NCBI GenBank assembly: GCA_037441285.1 | Contig: JBBISL010000018.1 | Location: forward strand, 1-40,894 | Source of the DNA: a candidate division WOR-3 bacterium | GTDB taxonomy: Bacteria; Hydrothermota; Tepidihabitantia; Tepidihabitantales; Tepidihabitantaceae | Length of the DNA: 40,894 bases | Direction of reading: 5' to 3' | Shown: positions 27,701 to 37,000 of the stretch, one piece after another | Layout: each line of letters begins with the position of its first letter | Numbering within the stretch: the first letter of the stretch is position 1 | The notes under the pieces: model-generated | The model's input: only the letters and a program-made list of their open reading frames with translations | Told to the model about the DNA's origin: nothing | Databases searched by the model: none | Program-made: the position numbers and the translations under genes

Positions 27701-28243
27701 ATGCAAATTAAGATTGGTAATGTTGAACTGGAGTGCGTGCGAGGGGATATTACGAAGCAGGAGGGGTTTGCGGCGGTGGTGAATGCGGCGAATGCCCGAT
27801 TGGCACCGGGCGGCGGTGTTGCGGGCGCGATTCATCGGGCAGCAGGTCCGGGACTTTATGAGGAGTGTAAGCCGCTGGCGCCGATTAAACCCGGTGATGC
27901 GGTGATTACCGGCGGTCACAACCTGCCCAATAAGTATGTGATTCACTGTCTCGGACCGGTTTATGGGGTTGATAAACCTGAGGAGGAAGTTCTTGCCCGC
28001 TGTTATGAGAACGCCCTGAATGTTGCCGAGGAGCACCAGATTGAGTCGATTGCCTTTCCATCAATTTCTACCGGATACTTTGGTTATCCGATTGAAGCGG
28101 CAGCAAGGGTGGCGCTGGGAATGGTGATTAAGAAGATGCCGGAGTTGAAATTCGTGCGGCGGATAAGGTTTGTTTTGTACAGTGGGGCAGACCTTGATGT
28201 TTACCAGACAGTTCTGACCCGGATGGCAAAGAGGTTGGAGTGA
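27701..28243 (+). CDS. MacroD/YmdB-type macrodomain protein (ADP-ribose derivative hydrolase)
   Basis: GDIT, VNAAN..L..GGGVAGAIH, YVIH..GP, FPSISTGYFGYP. Confidence 0.95.
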   Translation: MQIKIGNVELECVRGDITKQEGFAAVVNAANARLAPGGGVAGAIHRAAGPGLYEECKPLAPIKPGDAVITGGHNLPNKYVIHCLGPVYGVDKPEEEVLARCYENALNVAEEHQIESIAFPSISTGYFGYPIEAAARVALGMVIKKMPELKFVRRIRFVLYSGADLDVYQTVLTRMAKRLE

Positions 28244-31167
28244 GTTTTTTCGCAGCGCTGATGTTCACGCTGGGTGCGGTTGGGACGCCGTTTTTCGCGG
28301 ATACGGTTGAGAATTTTGAGTCCGGAAATGTTACCCTGCTCTCGTTTCCCGGCGAGGATGTCGAGCCCGACTCGTGGACCCTGGATTCAACGGTAACCCA
28401 TAACAATTCCCGCTACGCCTTGAAACTGTTCGGAAACACCTGGAAGGTTGAGCCGATTTCACCAAGGGCGCTGGACTCGGCAACGGTGTGGGAGGTGTGG
28501 GCTTATGGGGAGAGTGTTGGTGCGGTGCAGGGGTTTGGTCTGGTGTCTGAAGCGGAGACGCTTTTGTACGCATTTGCGGGCCGGGAGCGGCTTGACCCAG
28601 CGCGCTGGGTGACCGTTTATCAGGGCGCATTTCCGGTCCGGAACTGGAATCGGTACCTTTTGCCCATAGGCGAAGATTGGCTGAGCCGGTTCGGGCATCT
28701 GCCGACTCTGACCGGGATAGTGTTTATCAACGATGCGGACCAGGGTGCAAGGGGTAAGGTCTATTTTGACGACATCGCCGATGTAAGCGCGGACCAGCCG
28801 ATGGCACCCGAGGTTGAGGCGTGGTTTGTGCCCGAAGGGTGGATTGACAATCAGGATGGCACCTGGAGCCTGACCGTACACTTTTATAGCCGGGTGAATG
28901 ACCCGGATAGCCGAACGCATTTTTATCACTGGGAGTTTGGGGACGATTCAATAAGTAGTGACTCCTGCCCGATTCACACCTATATTGTGCGGGACAATCA
29001 CACCTATACCGTTTTGGTTCAGGTGATGGATGAAAGCGGCCGGTTTGGCAGGGACTCGTGCCGGGTGAACTTAGAGCCCGGACCGGGCTCTTTTCCTTTA
29101 CGGTTGAATTTTGTCGGTGATGTGATGCTGGCAAGGCGCTATGAACCGCTGATTGACAGTTTAGGGGTTGAGGCGATTTTCCGGGAGATAAAGCCCTATT
29201 TGGGTGATGTTGCCGAAATCACCGGGGCAAATCTTGAGTGTCCTTTGACCGACCGCGGTACGCCGCATCCGACCAAGCCGATTGTTTTCCGGGGCCGACC
29301 GGCAAATGGCCAGGGGTTGAAGTTTGCCGGAATAGATGTGGTTTCGCTTGCCAACAACCATATAATTGATTACGGGCTTGAAGGGCTGCGGCAAACCCAG
29401 GCGGTGCTGGACACGCTCGGGATAGTTTACTCGGGTGCAGGCGGTGATGCTTATGAGGCTTATCAACCGGTATTTCTTGTCAAGGCCGGAACCGCGCTCG
29501 GGTTTCTCGCCTATAGCGACCGGACCGGTCAGTATGACAACTATCAACCTTATCTCAATGCCGGGGAGAACAAACCGGGATTTGCCGAACTTGACACCTT
29601 TCGGGTTTTTCAGGCGCTGCAGCGGGCAAGAAGGGTTGCGGACTTTCTGGTGGTGGAACTGCATTCGGGCGAAGAGTACCAGCCGGAACCGGCTGATGAG
29701 GATTGGTTTAAACCCAATGCGGTCCAGCCCGCAGCAAGCCAGATTGCGTTGCGCCATCGGATTGTTGACCAGGGTGCGGAACTGGTCGTCTGTCACCATC
29801 CCCATATCCTGCAGGGGTTTGAGGTTTATCAGGGTAAGTTGATCGCCCATTCGCTGGGTAATTTTGCGTTTGACCAGGAGTATCCGGAAACCTATCCGTC
29901 GGTGATTCTCAATGGACTTTTGGATGGAAGGGGTTTTTACCGCTACTGGTTGGTGCCAGTTTATATTGACGACTACATCCCGCACCGGGCAAGAGGCGAA
30001 TTGGGGACAAGAATTTTGCGTTATCTCGCGCGGCGTTCCCGGGAGTTGAACAGTTACCTTGTCGTGGACCGGGAGAGTGTGGTTGCCGAGATAGTTCTGG
30101 ACAGTATGAGGATGAACCGTCAAGCGAGGCGGTATGATGTGGTCTTGGCACTGCTGCCCGATTCCGGATGTTATCGGTCGGCACCGCACAGTTTGAATGA
30201 TACCGGAGAGTTGTCAACGGTTGTGAGTGTGACACCGGCTGGGGCGTGGCAAATCCGACTGGGCAGGGATTTGCTCTGGATGGGTAATATGGAAGATGAA
30301 GGGGCGAGTTTCTGGCTGTTGAATCAGACGGATGAGTTTTACGACTCACTGGCACACCGTGGGGCAAGGTCGTTAAGCCAGCGCCGGAGCGCTGGAATTG
30401 GGGCGATTGTGACCAATCTTGAGGAGCGGATGGTGTGTTCGGCAGACTCGCATTGGCTGGGGGTTTATGGCTGGATGAAGACGGAGAATTGCGGCGGTGC
30501 GGTGGTGGTGTTAAATGTGTACAATAGTCGCATTGGCGGGATGCGGGTTGCGGTTTGCAGTATCCCAGCACGCACCGGAACGAATGGATGGCAGGAGTTT
30601 TATGTTGAATTGCCGGCGCCAATCCCGGGTGGCTACTTTGATGTGCAGTTGAAAAGCACCGGACCGGATTCGGGTATGGGTCAGGTCTGGTTTGATGACA
30701 TCCGGGTGATTGAGTGGGAAAACTGGCAGGAGTTTAGCGCACCCATGCCCATTGCGGTACCAAACGACTACACCTGGCTTCAGGTGCAAACCGGTGATTC
30801 GGTACCCGAGGCGATTGTAACCTATGAAAATACGGTATTTCAAACAATGACCGGCGCAGCGACGCCGCGCCCGATTGGTTACCCTCCAGCCGGCTTGACG
30901 GTCAAGCCCAGTCCGACCCGGGGCAGGGTGCTGGTCAATTACCATCTGAGAGATGGTCAACACGCGCTTTTAAGAGTTTACAACAGCCTTGGTCAGATGG
31001 TGCGTCAATGGAACGACGAAGGCGGGGCAAGGGGTTTGCGAGTTGTCAACTGGGATTTGAAAGATGAGCAGGGCAGGTGGGTTCCGAGCGGGACCTACTT
31101 CTTCCGATTGGAGACGGATGGCACAAAAAGCCGGGCGCGGGTGGTGGTGTTGAGCACCGATTTCTGA
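28240..31167 (+). CDS. Secreted multidomain CapA/PGA_cap metallophosphoesterase with PKD, CBM-like and FlgD/T9SS-like C-terminal domains
   Basis: Signal peptide, YHWEFGDD (PKD), GDVMLAR, NLE, LANNH, HSG.EY, HHPH, SLGNF, C-terminal WDLKDEQGRWVPSGTYFFRL. Confidence 0.9.
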   Translation: MSFFAALMFTLGAVGTPFFADTVENFESGNVTLLSFPGEDVEPDSWTLDSTVTHNNSRYALKLFGNTWKVEPISPRALDSATVWEVWAYGESVGAVQGFGLVSEAETLLYAFAGRERLDPARWVTVYQGAFPVRNWNRYLLPIGEDWLSRFGHLPTLTGIVFINDADQGARGKVYFDDIADVSADQPMAPEVEAWFVPEGWIDNQDGTWSLTVHFYSRVNDPDSRTHFYHWEFGDDSISSDSCPIHTYIVRDNHTYTVLVQVMDESGRFGRDSCRVNLEPGPGSFPLRLNFVGDVMLARRYEPLIDSLGVEAIFREIKPYLGDVAEITGANLECPLTDRGTPHPTKPIVFRGRPANGQGLKFAGIDVVSLANNHIIDYGLEGLRQTQAVLDTLGIVYSGAGGDAYEAYQPVFLVKAGTALGFLAYSDRTGQYDNYQPYLNAGENKPGFAELDTFRVFQALQRARRVADFLVVELHSGEEYQPEPADEDWFKPNAVQPAASQIALRHRIVDQGAELVVCHHPHILQGFEVYQGKLIAHSLGNFAFDQEYPETYPSVILNGLLDGRGFYRYWLVPVYIDDYIPHRARGELGTRILRYLARRSRELNSYLVVDRESVVAEIVLDSMRMNRQARRYDVVLALLPDSGCYRSAPHSLNDTGELSTVVSVTPAGAWQIRLGRDLLWMGNMEDEGASFWLLNQTDEFYDSLAHRGARSLSQRRSAGIGAIVTNLEERMVCSADSHWLGVYGWMKTENCGGAVVVLNVYNSRIGGMRVAVCSIPARTGTNGWQEFYVELPAPIPGGYFDVQLKSTGPDSGMGQVWFDDIRVIEWENWQEFSAPMPIAVPNDYTWLQVQTGDSVPEAIVTYENTVFQTMTGAATPRPIGYPPAGLTVKPSPTRGRVLVNYHLRDGQHALLRVYNSLGQMVRQWNDEGGARGLRVVNWDLKDEQGRWVPSGTYFFRLETDGTKSRARVVVLSTDF

Positions 31168-31202
31168 TTGCCCGGGGTCTAATTGATAAAAAGGGAGGAT
31201 TA

Positions 31203-31862
31203 ATGAGTTTGGTTCAGGAATCGGTAAAAAAGCAGCTTGAGCAGGTTCTCAAAAATTTGTCCAATCCGGTGCGGCTTGTGGTTTTCACCCAGGAAATGGA
31301 GTGTCAGTTCTGTCGGGAAAATCGGCAACTGGCGGAGGAGATTGCGGCGCTTTCGGATAAGGTCAAACTGGAGGTTTACAACTTCCTGCTTGACAAAGAG
31401 AAGGTGGAGGAGTTCAAGGTGGAAAGGGTGCCGGCAATGGTGGTGGCGGGTGAGAAGGATTACGGGATAAGGTTTTATGGTGTTCCGGCCGGTTATGAGT
31501 TTACCTCACTGGTCAATGCGATGCAGCTGGTCGGGAAAAGAGAGTCCGGTTTAAAACCCGAAACCAAACAGAGGTTGAGCCAGATTGCCCAGCCGGTTAA
31601 GATTGATGTGTTTGTTACGCTGACCTGCCCGTACTGTCCAATGATGGTCTCGTTAGCCCATCGTTTTGCAATGGCGAGCGATAAGATTACCGCGAGCGCC
31701 ATTGATGCCCAGGAGTTTCCGGTTCTCGCAAACTACTATGAGGTGATGGCGGTGCCCAAGACCGTGCTCAATCAGCGTCACCAGTTTGAGGGTGCATTGC
31801 CAGAGGAGCGGTTCCTGCAGGAGGTTATGAAGGCGGTTGATGGGGGCGCAGGATTGGGCTGA
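31203..31862 (+). CDS. Protein disulfide oxidoreductase (two thioredoxin folds, AhpF-NTD/PDO type)
   Basis: CQFC and CPYC, GVPAGYEF, VMAVPK, FEGALPE. ATG 31203 follows SD GGGAGG. Confidence 0.93.
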   Translation: MSLVQESVKKQLEQVLKNLSNPVRLVVFTQEMECQFCRENRQLAEEIAALSDKVKLEVYNFLLDKEKVEEFKVERVPAMVVAGEKDYGIRFYGVPAGYEFTSLVNAMQLVGKRESGLKPETKQRLSQIAQPVKIDVFVTLTCPYCPMMVSLAHRFAMASDKITASAIDAQEFPVLANYYEVMAVPKTVLNQRHQFEGALPEERFLQEVMKAVDGGAGLG

Positions 31863-31881
31863 GCAATGGGTCTAATATAAT
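31847..31881 (+). promoter_or_regulatory. Nested candidate ECF (CGCAGGA-16-GTCTAA) and sigma70 (TTGGGC-16-TATAAT) promoters
   Basis: The ECF-like motif recurs at 32445-32476. TATAAT lies at 31876-31881. Confidence 0.6.
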
Positions 31882-31888
31882 TAAATAA

Positions 31889-32440
31889 TTGGAAGAGCAT
31901 AACGACCAGGAACTGGTTCGTTCGGCACAGGGCGGTGATTTAGCCGCATTTGAGGTACTGGTCCGGCAGCACGGTCCCGCGCTCTACGCATTCATCTACC
32001 GTCTTGTTGGCGACCCGGTTGATGCTGAGGAGTTAACTCAGGAAGCCTGGGTCAAGGCGTGGCGGTCGCTTCGTGGTTTCAAGGGCAAAAGTGAGTTTAA
32101 AACCTGGCTTTTTAAGATTGGAATGAATCTAACATTTAATCTGAAAAAGAGAAGAAAGCCTACTGAGGAGTTGACCGAATTTTTGCCGGGGTCAAGCAAT
32201 AATGAGCCGGTTACGGTTTTTGAGCAGAAGCGCCGGGAAGAGGTGGTGAAGGCGGCTCTGGCACAGTTGCCACCCGACCAGCGGACCGCGCTGGTCCTGA
32301 ACATCTATGAAGGTATGAGTTATCAGGAGATTGCTCAGGTTATGGGGCGTTCGGTGCGTGCGGTTGATGCCCTTTTGTTTCGGGCAAAGGCAAATCTGCG
32401 CCAGCTTCTCTTACCGGCGCGCCGGAAAGGTATTGTATGA
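31889..32440 (+). CDS. ECF RNA polymerase sigma-70 factor
   Basis: GDLAAFEVL, DAEELTQEAW, FKTWLFKI, LP..QR..L...EGMSYQEIA. TTG start. Confidence 0.95.
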   Translation: MEEHNDQELVRSAQGGDLAAFEVLVRQHGPALYAFIYRLVGDPVDAEELTQEAWVKAWRSLRGFKGKSEFKTWLFKIGMNLTFNLKKRRKPTEELTEFLPGSSNNEPVTVFEQKRREEVVKAALAQLPPDQRTALVLNIYEGMSYQEIAQVMGRSVRAVDALLFRAKANLRQLLLPARRKGIV

Positions 32441-32889
32441 AAACCGCAGGAAAAGTGCAGGGAAAGGGGTCTAATAATATGAAGATGAATTGTGCTAAGG
32501 TGAAAAGGATGTTATCGCTGGTCTTGGATGGTGAGGCACCAGCAGAGCTGCGCGCAGCGGTTGAAGACCATCTTGAGCGGTGTGCAGAATGCCGCAACGA
32601 GTTTCAGGAACTAAATGAGATAAAGGCGCTTTTGCAATCAATGCCGTGTCCGGAGATACCTTCTTATCTGACGGCACGGACACTCGCCCGTTTGCGGGAA
32701 AAAGAAAGTGCGCACCCGGGGTTTATCCCGGTATTATGGCGCATTGCCGCCGCGCTCTTGATTGCGGTTGGTCTTGGACTCGGGGTTGTTATTGGTCAGG
32801 GTCTGGCGGGTAACGGTGGTACCGGTGATGAGATAGCAACACTTAACGCCGAGCCGACGCTTGAGGAATTCTGGGGCGGAGGTAGATGA
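32437..32889 (+). CDS. Zinc-finger (zf-HC2) membrane anti-sigma factor
   Basis: MNC....ML...LDGE, HLERCAEC (HxxxCxxC), one TM helix. The true start may be ATG 32479 or 32485. Confidence 0.9.
   Translation: MKTAGKVQGKGSNNMKMNCAKVKRMLSLVLDGEAPAELRAAVEDHLERCAECRNEFQELNEIKALLQSMPCPEIPSYLTARTLARLREKESAHPGFIPVLWRIAAALLIAVGLGLGVVIGQGLAGNGGTGDEIATLNAEPTLEEFWGGGR
32445..32476 (+). promoter_or_regulatory. Second candidate ECF promoter, upstream of the anti-sigma zinc finger
   Basis: CGCAGGA-17nt-GTCTAATA, the same motif as upstream of the sigma gene. Confidence 0.6.
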
Positions 32890-33365
32890 TGAAAGGACGC
32901 TGGGTTTATCTTATACTTGCGGTTTCGCTGGCGCTGAATCTTGCCGCGGTCGGAACCTTTGCATATCACCGTTACCGCAGGTGGCAGCGGCGAAAAGGGG
33001 ATTTCCGTTATCTGGTCCCCAGGTTAAGACCGGAATTGCAGCCGGTCGTTGATGAGTATCGTTTCAAGATGGATTCGCTGCGTCTTGAGTACTGGAAGGC
33101 ACGGCAGGAGCTGGCACGATTGGGGTTTGAGGAGAAGCCGGACCCGGTGCAGGTCGCGCGGACACTGGCACGAATCGGGATGCTGCATCAGGAGATGCAC
33201 CGCCAGGTGTTTGAAATGGGAAGAGAGAGTGAGACACTTTTGCCGCCACCTTATCGGGAGATGATGCGGCGACGATGGTGTGAGGTGATTGAAGGTCCGC
33301 ATCCACCGTTCGGACCACAAAGGTTTCCCCCTCCCGATGATAAACGGGGCAGAAGAAGATTTTAA
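32886..33365 (+). CDS. Membrane-anchored periplasmic 'heavy metal sensor' (Spy/CpxP/ZraP-like) protein
   Basis: SLALNLA..G TM anchor, helical hairpin, LLPPPYRE (an LTPEQ variant). Confidence 0.8.
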   Translation: MMKGRWVYLILAVSLALNLAAVGTFAYHRYRRWQRRKGDFRYLVPRLRPELQPVVDEYRFKMDSLRLEYWKARQELARLGFEEKPDPVQVARTLARIGMLHQEMHRQVFEMGRESETLLPPPYREMMRRRWCEVIEGPHPPFGPQRFPPPDDKRGRRRF

Positions 33366-33382
33366 ATAACCAGGAGGATAAT

Positions 33383-33937
33383 ATGAAGAGAGCAACTAAA
33401 ATAACCACGATAGCGGCAGTTGCGCTTTTGGTCGTCACCGGATGGGCAATTGCCCAGTCGCCGGAATTAGAGCAGAAACCGGCACCAGTCGAGCAACCAA
33501 TGGCGCCACCCTGCCAAGAGATGGGTATGCCCGGAATGGGGATGATGGATATGCCCGGGCTTACTGATGCCCAGCGTGAGCAGATTCAGAGTCTGCGGAT
33601 AAAACATCTGAAAGAGGTTATGCCCCTTGAGACCGACTTGAGGATTAAGAACCTGGAACTGGCGATGCTCTGGCAGGCGGAGAAGTTGGATGCGAAGCAG
33701 ATTGTGACAAAGGTCAAGGAGATTGGCGAACTGAGGAATAAACTGGAACTGGCGCGGGTGAATCATCAGATTGAGATTTACAATCTATTGACACCAGAAC
33801 AGCGCAAGGCATTTCGGCTGGGTATGGGTCGAGGTATGATGCGCGGCAGGGGTGGAATGGGCCGCCGCGCTCGACAGCGCCATTTTGGTGAAGGGCTGGA
33901 TGGACCGGGCGCGATGCCCTGCTGTCCGCAGCGCTAA
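33383..33937 (+). CDS. Spy/CpxP/ZraP-family periplasmic chaperone
   Basis: Signal peptide, two LTxxQ motifs (LTDAQ, LTPEQ), Met/Gly-rich tails. SD AGGAGG. Confidence 0.9.
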   Translation: MKRATKITTIAAVALLVVTGWAIAQSPELEQKPAPVEQPMAPPCQEMGMPGMGMMDMPGLTDAQREQIQSLRIKHLKEVMPLETDLRIKNLELAMLWQAEKLDAKQIVTKVKEIGELRNKLELARVNHQIEIYNLLTPEQRKAFRLGMGRGMMRGRGGMGRRARQRHFGEGLDGPGAMPCCPQR

Positions 33938-33959
33938 ACGCCTCCTTTCGGCTCGGTCT

Positions 33960-33993
33960 AACCGGGAGTTCCTTAGGGGCTCCCGGTTTTTTT
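33960..33993 (+). terminator. Rho-independent terminator
   Basis: AACCGGGAG-TTCC-tta-GGGG-CTCCCGGTT followed by a T run. Confidence 0.9.
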
Positions 33994-33996
33994 ATG

Positions 33997-34024
33997 TTGA
34001 CTAATTATTGGCGCAGCATATATT
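33997..34024 (+). promoter_or_regulatory. Sigma70-type promoter of smc-ftsY
   Basis: TTGACT-16nt-TATATT, 10 nt before GTG 34035. No SD. Confidence 0.6.
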
Positions 34025-34034
34025 TTACAGTTAA

Positions 34035-37000
34035 GTGTACATAAAAGAGTTACAGATATTTGGTTTCAAGTCTTTTCAGGAGAAGACAACAGTCCGGTTT
34101 TCGCCCGGGCTGAACTGCATTGTTGGTCCCAACGGGTGTGGCAAATCCAATATCCTTGATGCCCTGCGCTGGGTTCTGGGCGAACAGTCGTTTTCGGTTC
34201 TGCGCTGTGCGAAAACCGAGGATTTGATTTTTGCCGGAACCGCAACCGCACCCCCGGTGAATTACGCTGAGGTGAAACTTTTGCTGTCAACCGAAGACCG
34301 TCCGGAATTGGGCAGCGCCTGGTTTCAAGGGGAGAGCCTTTCGGAAGTGGAAATCCGGCGGCGGTTTTTCCGTTCCGGGGAGAGCGAGTACTATCTGAAT
34401 CGCCAGCCCTGCCGGTTGCGCGATATTCAGGACCTGTTTCTTTCCCAGGGGATTGGGACCAAGGCGTACTCGATATTTGACCTCCGTCAGATGAGGGAGA
34501 TAATCGCCGGTAACATCAGAAAGATGTTCGAGGAGGCGGCATCACTGGCAAAGTTCCGGGATGCCAAGGAGGAGTGCCAGCGTAAACTGGAGTTGACCCA
34601 GGCTGATTTAACCCGGCTTGAGGACATTATTGCCGAACGGGAACGGATTGTGCGCAGTTTGCAGCGTCAGGCTGGGAAATTGCGGGCGTTTCAACGGTTG
34701 AAACAAGAGGAAAAGGGGCTGCGGTTAATTGAACTCAAACGGATTTATGAGCGGCTTGTTGCCGAACAGGAACAGGTGAAGGCTGAGGTCGCAGAATTAG
34801 AACGGTCTGAGGCGGAACGGCTCACCGAGATAAACCGGCTCGAGGCGGAGTTGCGCCAGCTTCACTCCCGGTTGCTTGATGTGGAAGGGCAACGGGAAAA
34901 GGTGTTAGGCGAGGTGGAGCGACGCCGGAAACTCATCGCCGAAATTGAGAAACAGGCGGCGATGGAAGAGCAAGAGTTCCTGTTCCTGAAACAGCGTGCC
35001 GAAGAGGCACAATCAACCCAGTCAAGATTGAAAGCGGAGGTAGCACGGCTTGAGCAGCTTTTTCTTCAGACGGTTCAGCAGTTAGCCCAAAGGAATCACC
35101 ACCTCGAGGCGGTACAGAGGCAACTGGAAAAGACCCGCGAGCAGACAAAGGCGGATGAGGAGGAGTTGTATCGGCGGCAACAGGAGGTGAAGGAGCTCCA
35201 GGAGCGGTTACAGACTCTTCTTGAAGAGGAGCAACACCTACTCAATGCCCAGGCAAAAGCCGAAGCCGAGCTGGAGAACACGATTGGTGCCCAGGAGCGG
35301 GTGAAACAGGAACGGACAGTTATAACGGAACGGATTAACCAGGTCGAGATGGAGTTGAACGAATTGAGCCGTGGGGTGGAGAAGGCGCAGACGGTAAAGA
35401 GGACATTGCAGCACCGGGTGGCAGCGCTCCGCTCCGAGATAAACTCGATTGAGGGGAGGCTGGAGCAAAGCAAGCGAAAACGGCGGGCGCTGCAGGATGA
35501 GAAAGGGTTGTGGGAGCAGGAACTTGCCGCACTTACAGCGCGGTTTGCCCGGGACGAGACAAGGGTGGCGAAAACCGTTTTGGGGGCAAACGCTGCGGTT
35601 GAAGCCGGCAAATTTCTTGAGCCGATGCCGGGCTGGGAGCGAGCGTCCGAAGCGGCGTTTTTCCCTTTCCTTGATTTTATCACCTGTTCCGATTTTAGCA
35701 CCGAAACTTTGACACAACTGGAGCAGGACGGGGGAAAGTTGCGTATTGGATTTCTGGTTGACACCGAGCGGTCCAGAATTACCAGCGGTGCGGATAATTT
35801 AATACCGGATGAACGGATTCTTGGGGTACTTGCCGATTTTGTAAAGGTCAAATCAGAAGCGCCGGTGCTGCTTTCCCAAATTGCGCAGAATTTTCTTGTG
35901 GTCCGAGACCGGCAAGCACTTGTCGAGTTGAAGGAGAAGTTTCCGGAACGCTTTTTTGTCAGCGCGGATGGGGTTGCCTGGTTTGGTGATGGCAGGCTGG
36001 TGTTTGTGGGCTCGGGTGCCAGCCGTTTGGCACTAAGTCGGGAAATTGCGGACAAGGAGCGGCGGCTTGAGGAGATAAATGGGGAAATTGAGCGGCTCAG
36101 CGACGAGGAGACCGAAGACGAGCAAAAAAAAGCATCGCTCATCAGGGAACTGGAGAGGGTGGAAAGTGAATCGGTCGTTTCGGAAAAGGAGCAGGTGCGA
36201 GCTGAGTCAAGGTCAGCGATGGCGCAAACGCTGCGGGCGGAGCTGCAACGGGAAACGGAGCGATTAAGAGGAGAGGCGGCGCGACTGGAAGGGGTGCAAA
36301 AACGGCTTGAGGCGAAGTTGCAGGAAATCAACGAGCAGCGGGCAAATGTTTCCCAATTGATAAGTTCGGCAAAAGGCGAACTGGCGCGGATGGAAAGTGC
36401 GGCAAATGAGGGGGCAGCAATTGTGAAGAAGGGGCTGGAGGAGGCGACCCAACTCATTGCGGCGGTGAGCGAAGACCGGCGCCATATTGAGCGGCTCGAG
36501 GTGGAGAGCGAACACATCCGTCAGGAGATTGAGGAGAAGCGGCGCGAGATTAACGCCGCGCAACAGGTAATTGCCCGGGCGGAAGAGAGGCAGAGCGGCG
36601 CGGTAATGAAGGCGCAGGAGCGGCAAAATGCGATAGCAAGTTTACAGGCGGAACTGAAGGCGCTGGAGCGTGAACTGGAGCGTTTCAGTACCCAGGAGAT
36701 TGCCCGGGCACAGGAGGTACTGGAGAAGAATATTGCCGAGCGGCGCCAGGTTCAGGAGCAGGGACAGAAGGTGCTGTTCGAAAGGCGGCTGCGAATTGCC
36801 GAACTGGACACGAAGATAAAAGCGGTGGTGGAGGAGGCACAGTCCAGTTATCAGACCGATATTGCGACCTTTGTGCCGGAACCGGTTGAGGGGTTTGAAG
36901 AGCGATTACAGAAGGTCCGGCACCGGATTGAGGCGCTGGGACAGGTCAATCCGCTTGCCGCGACCGAGTATGAGGAGGAGCGCAAGGACCTGGAGCGGCT

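Noticed and set aside
27701..28243. Macrodomain as part of an anti-phage or toxin-antitoxin system (DarTG, Thoeris)
   Set aside because: It is a plain MacroD/YmdB type with no neighbouring ADP-ribosyltransferase, TIR or sirtuin gene.
29161..30622. 342-aa and 237-aa antisense ORFs inside the CapA gene
   Set aside because: Fully overlap a well-supported gene and have no recognisable protein features.
35096..36517. 473-aa antisense ORF inside smc
   Set aside because: Ser/Leu-rich shadow of a Glu/Arg/Gln-rich coiled-coil gene. No motifs or RBS.
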